Position numbers and translations under genes: made by a program
Notes under the pieces: model-generated
What the model saw: only the letters and a program-made list of their open reading frames with translations
The model's database searches: none
What the model was told of the DNA's origin: nothing
Source of the DNA: an uncultured virus (IMG/VR IMGVR_UViG_3300047557_000941)
Taxonomy: Duplodnaviria > Heunggongvirae > Uroviricota > Caudoviricetes > Crassvirales
Virus record (IMG/VR): IMGVR_UViG_3300047557_000941
Coordinates: 45,152-65,151 of that record
Length of the DNA: 20,000 nt
Strand: one strand, 5' to 3'
In this document: positions 8,138 to 14,472 of the stretch, piece by piece
Numbering within the stretch: position 1 is the stretch's first letter
How the letters are laid out: each line of letters opens with the position of its first letter

Positions 8138-9697
8138 ATGATAGTAAAAGAGATCGTCTTCGGAGATGAAGGCAGACAGAAATTAATTAAGGGTGTTAAT
8201 ACAATTGCAAATGCAGTTGGGTCTACACTAGGAGCTCGTGGTCGCACGGTGCTTATTGAGTCGGAGCAACACGTTGGTGGCATTACAGTAACCAAGGATG
8301 GTGTGACCGTCGCTAAGTCAATTAACTTAATGGATCCAGCTGAGAACTTGGCTGTGATGATCATGCGAGAAGCATCTGAGAAGACGGCTAACTCAGCAGG
8401 TGATGGGACGACGACGAGTATGGTGCTGGCACAAGCCATCATCCATTCGGCAATGGGTGTGCTTACACCAGAAGACAATACCACACAAGTATTGCGTGAT
8501 GTGCAGGCTGCAGCACTTAAGGTGGCTGAGGAGCTAACTGCTATGTCAACGGAGATTACATCAGATAAGTTGGTGGACGTGGCGACTATCTCGGCCAATG
8601 GCGATGCGGAGATTGGCAAGATCATTGCTGATGCGTACAATCAAGTTGGCTTAAGTGGTGTAGTGACAGTTGGAGCATCCGAGACATCGGACACATACGC
8701 TGAGGTGGTCAGTGGCATGAAGATAGACAGAGGGTTTGCGAGTAAGTACTTTGTGACAGACCATAAGAAGCAAGAGGCTGTGCTAGACAAGCCATACATC
8801 TTGGTGACTGACCAGCCCATTACAAACCTTAACGACATCTTGCCTATTCTAGAGTTCATCCACCAAGGCAGACATTCATTGCTTATTATTGGGGAGCTCG
8901 ATGAGAACTCACTAAACTCACTTAACGTGAACAAGATTAAGTTGGGTCTAAAAGTAAGCACTATTATTCCTCCGTCATTTGGCTACAAGCGTCATCAGAT
9001 CATGCAGGACATCGCTATTGCGACAGGGGCTAAGTATTTCTCTGAGCAGACAGGTGACAACTTAATGATGGTCACTATTGACGACTGCGGACAAGCAGGC
9101 AAGGTGGTGAGCTCACGGTTCAATACAATTATCTTCGATGCTGTTGGAGCAGGGGATGAGAGAGTGCAAGAGTTGCAAGAGCAGATAGAGGTGGAGATGC
9201 AGGCTGTCGAGAAAGAATTCTTAAAAGAACGCATCGCTAATCTAGGTGGTGGGGTGGCTATCATCAAGGTGGGTGCTAACTCAGACATTGAGCAGAAAGA
9301 GAAGAAGGACCGGGTGGACGATGCGGTGTGTGCAGTACGTGCAGCACTAGAAGAAGGCATCCTTCCAGGTGGTGGCGTGGCGTTAAAAGATATCGCTGCT
9401 ACTATGGACGTGGAGAACAAAGGCACCGAGATATTACAAATGGCGATGCTGGCTCCAATGATCAAGATACTATCCAATGCAGGCATAGATGTGGATGGTG
9501 CAGACTTTGATGAAGGTAAGCAGTTGTCTAAGGGAGGCATAGGGGTGAACGTAGCTACAGGGGCATACTGCCACATGATGAGCGTTGGGATCATTGACCC
9601 GACTAAAGTGTGCAAGGAGGCTCTAAAAAATGCTGTATCTGTTGCAGTAACACTATTATCTACAGAAACTGTCATAACAAATGTACGTCAAATGTAG
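8138..9697 (+). CDS. groEL: phage-encoded chaperonin GroEL (Cpn60)
   Basis: 519 aa with TKDGVTVAKSI, AGDGTTTS, VATISANGD, ERIANLGGGVAIIKVGA, EKKDRVDDA, EEGILPGGG and GIIDPTKV motifs; TAAATTTG -7 element at 8112-8119; no GGM tail. Confidence 0.97.
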   Translation: MIVKEIVFGDEGRQKLIKGVNTIANAVGSTLGARGRTVLIESEQHVGGITVTKDGVTVAKSINLMDPAENLAVMIMREASEKTANSAGDGTTTSMVLAQAIIHSAMGVLTPEDNTTQVLRDVQAAALKVAEELTAMSTEITSDKLVDVATISANGDAEIGKIIADAYNQVGLSGVVTVGASETSDTYAEVVSGMKIDRGFASKYFVTDHKKQEAVLDKPYILVTDQPITNLNDILPILEFIHQGRHSLLIIGELDENSLNSLNVNKIKLGLKVSTIIPPSFGYKRHQIMQDIAIATGAKYFSEQTGDNLMMVTIDDCGQAGKVVSSRFNTIIFDAVGAGDERVQELQEQIEVEMQAVEKEFLKERIANLGGGVAIIKVGANSDIEQKEKKDRVDDAVCAVRAALEEGILPGGGVALKDIAATMDVENKGTEILQMAMLAPMIKILSNAGIDVDGADFDEGKQLSKGGIGVNVATGAYCHMMSVGIIDPTKVCKEALKNAVSVAVTLLSTETVITNVRQM

Positions 9698-9724
9698 ATT
9701 TTATTAATTATATTTGCATATACA

Positions 9725-9813
9725 AATCCGAGTTGGTAATATTGCAGCTTACTAATTCGGATTATCAAGGAAACTTGACCGCCCCCTTCGCTGCAATCGT
9801 TGGGGGTTTTTTT
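9725..9813 (+). ncRNA. structured three-hairpin leader/small RNA with loop-loop complementarity; third hairpin terminator-like
   Basis: 15-bp stem 9725-39/9749-63; TCAAG-GAAA-CTTGA; GCCCCC...GGGGGT plus T7. Loop sequences ATTGCAGC and GCTGCAAT are exact complements. Promoter element TATATTTG at 9709-9716. Confidence 0.6.
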
Positions 9814-9816
9814 ATT

Positions 9817-10320
9817 ATGGAAATTTGGAAACCAATTAAGGGTTATGAAGACTTATATGAAGTCAGTAACCTAGGAAGAGTAAACAGTTTATTCACAAGG
9901 AAAGGTAAAATAATGAAGCCTAAGGTAGAAAGAGATGGATATCTTAGGATAGGATTTTGGAAAGAGGGCAAACAAAAGTATTATAATGTTCATCGATTAG
10001 TAGCAGAAGCATTTTTACTAGAAAAGCAAGATTACCAAAATCAGATAAACCATATTAATAAAATAAAATCCGACAATAGAGTTGAAAATTTAGAATGGGT
10101 ATCTACTATTGAAAATCATTTTCATAAAAATCTAAATAATAATACTAGTAGTAAATATGTTGGAGTTGCTTGGAGCAAAGAAAAAAATAAATGGGCTTCC
10201 TATATAAATTTTAAAAATAAAAAAGTACATTTGGGGGCATTTGACAATGAAGATTTAGCTCATAAGGCAAGAATAGATTTTCAAAATGAAAATAATATAA
10301 TAAACAAGTATCTTAATTGA
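9817..10320 (+). CDS. NUMOD4-HNH-AP2 homing endonuclease
   Basis: Real start ATG 9817. EIWKPIKGYEDLYEVSNLGRV (NUMOD4), VHRLVAEAF...INHINKIKSDNRVENLEW...EN (HNH_3), SKYVGVAW...KW.SYI...VHLGAFDNE..A (AP2). Confidence 0.92.
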   Translation: MEIWKPIKGYEDLYEVSNLGRVNSLFTRKGKIMKPKVERDGYLRIGFWKEGKQKYYNVHRLVAEAFLLEKQDYQNQINHINKIKSDNRVENLEWVSTIENHFHKNLNNNTSSKYVGVAWSKEKNKWASYINFKNKKVHLGAFDNEDLAHKARIDFQNENNIINKYLN

Positions 10321-10535
10321 ATACAATGACACCAAAAGAAAAAGCAAAAGAATTATTAGTAGGAATTTATAGATTTACTAATCTAACACCAGATGAATGC
10401 AAAAAATCAGCTATTTTTTCAATAAATGAAATAGCAAAATGCACAAAACATTTTTCTAAACAATTTGAAAATGATAGGTTTTCTGAGGAATACTGGGATG
10501 AAGTAAAAATAGAAATATTAAAGCTAAAGCCATGA
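10317..10535 (+). CDS. hypothetical phage protein (MTPKEKAKEL type)
   Basis: 72 aa from TTG, or ATG 10326; ends in YWDEVKIEI. Confidence 0.7.
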   Translation: MNTMTPKEKAKELLVGIYRFTNLTPDECKKSAIFSINEIAKCTKHFSKQFENDRFSEEYWDEVKIEILKLKP

Positions 10536-10659
10536 CGGTAATAACCAACATTAGAGCATAATATTGCACTTAATGGTGGAGAAAGTCAACAATTATATCA
10601 TTTGGCATATAAATGTATAATATATTGCACATATTGTAAAATATATTTAACTTTACAGT

Positions 10660-11250
10660 ATGACAAAGACATATTTAATTTATGGACTTAGGTGTCCAAA
10701 GACAGATGACTATAGGTATATAGGCAAAAGTTCAAGTGGTATTAATAGAGCTAAATCACACCTAACCTATTCGCACAATGAATCAGTAAATCACTGGGTT
10801 CTTGAATTAAGAGAAGAAGGATTGGCTCCTTTGGTTGATGTAATTGAACAATGCCAAGAAAGTGAATTAGTTATAAAAGAACATTTTTGGATTCAATATT
10901 ATCAAAGAGTTGGATGTATATTGTTTAACCATATTAAGTACAAAGGCAAAGCGATAGAAGGTCTTGAAAAAGAAGTTGATAAAGAAGAATCTAGACTTAA
11001 TGACAAAATTTCTTTAGTGAGGAATTTAATAAATGGAATGTCCTGTATAAGTGAATTTATTAAATATAGGCGAAAACAATTAAATATTTCACAACAAGAG
11101 TTGGCAGATTTAGCTAAAATATCAAGGGTTACAATACATAATATGGAAAACAAAGATAAAAATTCTACCATATCAAATATAGAAACAGTACTTGATATAT
11201 TGGGATGTGAATTGATGCCTTTAGTTAAAACGCCAAGAGGGAGCTATTAA
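10660..11250 (+). CDS. GIY-YIG-like nuclease fused to a C-terminal XRE/Cro HTH
   Basis: YLIYGL...YRYIGKS...R...H...E.FWI..Y......N (GIY-YIG); IKYRRKQLNISQQELADLAKISRVTIHNME (HTH_3). Confidence 0.8.
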   Translation: MTKTYLIYGLRCPKTDDYRYIGKSSSGINRAKSHLTYSHNESVNHWVLELREEGLAPLVDVIEQCQESELVIKEHFWIQYYQRVGCILFNHIKYKGKAIEGLEKEVDKEESRLNDKISLVRNLINGMSCISEFIKYRRKQLNISQQELADLAKISRVTIHNMENKDKNSTISNIETVLDILGCELMPLVKTPRGSY

Positions 11251-11255
11251 ATAAT

Positions 11256-11502
11256 TTACAAATTCGGAAAAATTCCGAGTTTTGTAACAAATTTTGCCAA
11301 AATACGTTACAAAAATGTTAACTTATAAGTTAACAAATGTTAATAATCCAAACCAATATGGGATGGTAAATGATAATTATCCAAACCGTTACAATTTGGA
11401 ACAGGTTGGAAGTGTGCATTACTAATATACACTATTGACGAAACTTGTAAAAAGTTGCAAGTTCTGATAATAAGGTTAAATAAAATTTACAAATTTGTAA
11501 AT
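11256..11502. repeat. tandem array of non-identical short inverted repeats
   Basis: At least 7 consecutive hairpins/palindromes, including perfect TGTTAACTTATAAGTTAACA (11316-35) and ATTTACAAATTTGTAAAT (11485-11502). Confidence 0.7.
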
Positions 11503-11525
11503 AAATGTAAAATATAATTAATGTT

Positions 11526-11783
11526 ATGAAAGTAATCGGAAAGAATATTCTAATCGTGCCTCAAGAAGAGGAGACAAAGTCCAAGGGCGGCTTAATTATG
11601 ACCGCAATGGATGCAAATGAGCTACGCTACAAGAAAGCAACCGTGGTATCACAAGGCTCGCTAGTAGATGGAATTAAGCCAGGCTCATTTATCTACTTTG
11701 ATCGTGCAGCTGGCCACACCATCCGCATCAATGAGGACCTATATACGGTCATCACAGAGAAAGATGTGGTAGTAGTTCTTTAA
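11526..11783 (+). CDS. groES: co-chaperonin GroES (Cpn10)
   Basis: 85 aa; MKVIGKNILIVP.EEETKSKGGLIM (mobile loop), ATVVSQG, IKPG..IYF, Y.VI.EKDVVVVL. Confidence 0.9.
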   Translation: MKVIGKNILIVPQEEETKSKGGLIMTAMDANELRYKKATVVSQGSLVDGIKPGSFIYFDRAAGHTIRINEDLYTVITEKDVVVVL

Positions 11784-11792
11784 TTAAATAAT

Positions 11793-11918
11793 ATGGAGAA
11801 GAAATCTAAAGGGTTTGCTTTAATTATCCTACCACTAATTGCATTTGAAATGCATGAAGATGGAACAAGGGAACTTATGTTCGGGTGGTTGACACACACT
11901 TGGTGGATAAGATTTTAA
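11793..11918 (+). CDS. small hypothetical protein (41 aa)
   Basis: MEKKSKGFALIILPLIAFEMHEDGTRELMFGWLTHTWWIRF*; directly after groES. Confidence 0.5.
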   Translation: MEKKSKGFALIILPLIAFEMHEDGTRELMFGWLTHTWWIRF

Positions 11919-11924
11919 AATATT

Positions 11925-12106
11925 AGTCAGGTGGCGGAAGGGTCGTATCAGGAGTTCCCGGCCGAAGGTAGACGCAAAAAGCCAACTCGTAGGGTAGTAT
12001 TAAACTATCATAGTGTGGAAGCGAGTCTAAATAAGACAATCCCTGGTTCGTGGCTCGCATTAGCGGCTGGCACCAAGGCTTACAGGTTCGAATCCTGTCC
12101 TGACTA
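11925..12106 (+). ncRNA. tRNA-like RNA 1 (182 nt; D-loop insertion, anticodon arm replaced by ~105 nt)
   Basis: Acceptor AGTCAGG/CCTGACT; D arm GCG-GAA[insert]GGTAGA-CGC; T arm ACAGG-TTCGAAT-CCTGT; no identifiable anticodon; no CCA. Confidence 0.7.
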
Positions 12107-12181
12107 AACTTACCTATCCGAAGGTTATGATGAAGCATTTTGTACCGTATGTTCATAAAGTAGATAGGAACGGTACTAATT

Positions 12182-12253
12182 AGTTAGGTGGGGTAATGGT
12201 AACCTAATTGGCTGAAACGCTCGAAGATACATGTTCGATTCATGTCCTAACTA
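12182..12253 (+). tRNA. tRNA-like RNA 2 / pseudo-tRNA (Phe-GAA-like loop, anticodon stem unpaired)
   Basis: 72 nt; acceptor AGTTAGG/CCTAACT, D arm GGGT-AATGGTA-ACCT, T arm ACATG-TTCGATT-CATGT; loop CTGAAAC at canonical spacing but flanks ATTGG/GCTCG do not pair. Confidence 0.55.
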
Positions 12254-12322
12254 CACTTTTAGTGATGTTGGTTACTATAGCATAGTAACTAAACTAATGA
12301 CTGATGGAAAGACATCAAATTT

Positions 12323-12443
12323 TAGCCTGTAGTGGAATTGGTATACACTATGTGAATTGGTTTGCATCCAATAGGTGTGTTAGCATAATAACAAACATAG
12401 TCGCTGTCACGGTGACTTGCGGGTTCGAATCCCGACTGGCTAC
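12323..12443 (+). ncRNA. tRNA-like RNA 3 (class II scaffold with branched anticodon arm)
   Basis: Acceptor TAGCCTG/CTGGCTA (one T-T mismatch); Leu-like D arm GTGGAATTGGTATACAC; stem TATGT/ACATA enclosing two hairpins; variable arm GTCGCTG/CGGTGAC; T arm CGGG-TTCGAAT-CCCG. Confidence 0.65.
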
Positions 12444-12522
12444 GGAGAGATAGCAATCTTCCAATATGGCATTCAGTCCGTTAATCTGGAGAACTTGCTT
12501 GACAGCTGGAAAGACAGCATTT

Positions 12523-13029
12523 TTAAAAATCTTTATTAAGTCTACCAATGACCCTGTCATATTGCCTTGTGGCAAAGTGATGGGGTTTATTGCTTTTAGG
12601 TTTGATGTCAGATAGCTTTGGAATGGGTCTTTCACCCTGCAACATCTCATAAACCTGTCGCATAATGGACTTAGCTTGGTAAGACAGCTCATAAATCGCA
12701 CGTTTGCCCGGTTCAGGCTTGCGAAAATGCACGATTAAACCTTTCTGCATCAAATCTTGCCGTCTATTTTTAGTAAATCCAAATATTTGGCAGTATTGGT
12801 CGAACTGATTGGCGTCAAAAACGTGCTCGGAGTACAAATAACATAGCATCTCAAAGTCTTCTAGGCTCAATCCGTGCTTATGACGAGCCCAGGCACGTAC
12901 AACTTTGATGTATTTTAGAAAGTCTTTGTCGACAGCCTCACGTCTAACTACGATAGGCTTGACTTTATATTCACGCACTTTAATAGCTCTAGGCTTAATC
13001 TTCCTAGGCTTCATGTATGTTTTTATCAT
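12523..13029 (-). CDS. hypothetical protein, possible winged-helix regulator
   Basis: 168 aa; LSLEDFEMLCYLY...LMQKGLIV...RAIYELS resembles MarR-like wHTH; TAATTTTG element on the minus strand at 13045-13052. Confidence 0.6.
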   Translation of the reverse strand: MIKTYMKPRKIKPRAIKVREYKVKPIVVRREAVDKDFLKYIKVVRAWARHKHGLSLEDFEMLCYLYSEHVFDANQFDQYCQIFGFTKNRRQDLMQKGLIVHFRKPEPGKRAIYELSYQAKSIMRQVYEMLQGERPIPKLSDIKPKSNKPHHFATRQYDRVIGRLNKDF

Positions 13030-13044
13030 TAGATTTTATTTTTA

Positions 13045-13062
13045 CAAAATTACTTATCTTTG
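13045..13062. promoter_or_regulatory. back-to-back divergent Bacteroidota -7 elements
   Basis: Minus TAATTTTG (13052-13045) and plus TATCTTTG (13055-13062), 2 nt apart. Confidence 0.6.
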
Positions 13063-13081
13063 TTGAATAATAAGAAAAATT

Positions 13082-13372
13082 ATGGCTAAGAAAAATTCAA
13101 TGATTAAGATTGGCGACTTGAAGGGAGTCGTTGGTGGCATGAGAAAAGCAATGACTGAGCGTGAAGACGAGCGTACAATGCTTCAAAAAAACCGCAACTT
13201 AGGACTAGCTCCAGATCAAGATAAGGCTGCTGCATCTCGCATTGCACAATTACGCAAGGAGAACGCATACTATGCACCAATCGCAGAGCGTTACCAAGGA
13301 TTGATCGACTCAAAAACTAAGGGTCGTGATGTACCTCTTCCTTCTTCTTCACAATTATTCAATAAGAAATAA
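13082..13372 (+). CDS. hypothetical protein
   Basis: 96 aa; first gene of the rightward late-like operon. Confidence 0.7.
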   Translation: MAKKNSMIKIGDLKGVVGGMRKAMTEREDERTMLQKNRNLGLAPDQDKAAASRIAQLRKENAYYAPIAERYQGLIDSKTKGRDVPLPSSSQLFNKK

Positions 13373-13373
13373 G

Positions 13374-13514
13374 ATGGCAAAGCAAGAAAAAACACCAATG
13401 ACACGTCCAATGCCTAAAACACAAATGGGCATTACTAAAATTGCAGCTGCTAAAAAAGCAGTTAAGGTTGCTAAGGTAGTTAAGGCTGCTAAAGCAATCA
13501 AGAAAATGTGCTAA
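13374..13514 (+). CDS. small Lys/Ala-rich basic protein
   Basis: Start ATG 13374: MAKQEKTPM...KIAAAKKAVKVAKVVKAAKAIKKMC. Confidence 0.65.
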   Translation: MAKQEKTPMTRPMPKTQMGITKIAAAKKAVKVAKVVKAAKAIKKMC

Positions 13515-13515
13515 T

Positions 13516-13713
13516 ATGAAAGGCTTAGGAGACGTAGTCGAGCATGTTGCTAAAGTAACAGGCGTTGCAGCCGCTGTTAAAGCCGTCGCAGGTGATGACT
13601 GCGGCTGTGCTGCTAGAAGAGATGCACTAAACAGGGCATTCCCATTTAATAAAGAAGTAAATAATAAAATACAATCAAGTAATGACATCAAAAAAATGCA
13701 CAAAATGCAATAA
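13516..13713 (+). CDS. conserved small phage protein (GLGD...CGC..RR..LN)
   Basis: MKGLGDVVEHVAKVTG...DCGCAARRDALNRAFP pattern recalled from uncultured aquatic phages. Confidence 0.7.
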   Translation: MKGLGDVVEHVAKVTGVAAAVKAVAGDDCGCAARRDALNRAFPFNKEVNNKIQSSNDIKKMHKMQ

Positions 13714-14206
13714 TGTTTTTGATTTAAGTAACTTCTATACAACAGGGAAAAAAGTATCAGGGGAACCTAAGTATAATTCTTGGTGTAAAAAATGTATATT
13801 AGAAAAACAATCTTTATACCACAAACAAACTTGGGGAGAAGATAAGTTAAAGTATACTTCTTTTAAAAGAACCAAATCAGTAAAATCATATTTGTCTTAT
13901 TTAAGGGCTAAAGCATTAGGCAGAAAGAAAGACGATAATATAAACATAGACTATTTAATTAGCCTTTGGGATAAACAAAATGGTAAATGTGCTTTAACTG
14001 GTTGGGATATGACTATGGTTTTAGGGGAAGGTGTTATACAAACAAATTGTAGCATTGATAGAATAGATTCATCAATAGGATATGTTGAAGGAAATATACA
14101 GTTGGTTTGTCGTATTGTAAATATATCAAAGAGTAATACATCTGTTGATAATTTTATAAATTTGTGCAAATCAGTTGTTGATTTTAATAACAAACAAAAT
14201 GGCTAA
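13682..14206 (+). CDS. Zn-finger / His-Me-finger (HNH-like) endonuclease
   Basis: CTKC...WCKKC, then WDKQNGKCALTG...SIDRIDSSIGYVEGNIQLVC..VN..K; AT-rich relative to neighbours. Confidence 0.75.
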   Translation: MTSKKCTKCNNVFDLSNFYTTGKKVSGEPKYNSWCKKCILEKQSLYHKQTWGEDKLKYTSFKRTKSVKSYLSYLRAKALGRKKDDNINIDYLISLWDKQNGKCALTGWDMTMVLGEGVIQTNCSIDRIDSSIGYVEGNIQLVCRIVNISKSNTSVDNFINLCKSVVDFNNKQNG

Positions 14207-14471
14207 AACAGCAGCATGGCAACGGTCAGAGGGTAAAAGTAAAACTGGTGGTCTGAACGCTAAAGGCGTTGCGTCGTACCGACGTGAGAATCCGGGTAGC
14301 AAACTGCAAACAGCAGTGACTACACCCCCATCTAAATTAAAAGCGGGCAGCAGAGATGCTGCTAGACGCAAGTCATTCTGTGCTCGCATGTCAGGCGTAG
14401 AAGGACCAATGAAGAAGCCAAATGGCGAGCCAACAAGAAAAGCATTAGCACTAAGAAAATGGAACTGTTAG
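14199..14471 (+). CDS. basic phage protein resembling DUF6321
   Basis: Start ATG 14199; AWQRSEGK..GGLNAKG.ASY...RRKSFCARMSG...LRKWNC (family assignment from memory). Confidence 0.7.
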   Translation: MAKTAAWQRSEGKSKTGGLNAKGVASYRRENPGSKLQTAVTTPPSKLKAGSRDAARRKSFCARMSGVEGPMKKPNGEPTRKALALRKWNC

Positions 14472-14472
14472 T

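Noticed and set aside
8059..9675. Long minus-strand ORFs (193, 106 and 226 aa)
   Set aside because: Antisense shadows of groEL; no independent start context or motifs.
9610..9816. N-terminal extension of the HNH ORF in the track
   Set aside because: Overlaps groEL and the structured leader; the NUMOD4 domain begins at ATG 9817.
11256..11502. Possible CRISPR or mini-array
   Set aside because: No identical repeats with regular spacers; only TCCAAACC occurs twice.
11925..12106. tmRNA or intron-containing tRNA
   Set aside because: No Ala identity pair or tag ORF; the insert is too short for group I/II introns and shows no evident bulge-helix-bulge.
12107..12320. Hammerhead or HDV-like (theta) ribozyme in the spacers
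   Set aside because: ATGATGA and CTGATGG deviate from the CUGANGA core, and I could not build the HDV nested double pseudoknot by eye; not excluded without a covariance search.
11923..12701. Minus-strand ORFs across the ncRNA cassette
   Set aside because: Antisense to tRNA-like structures or overlapping the 168-aa gene; no protein-like features.
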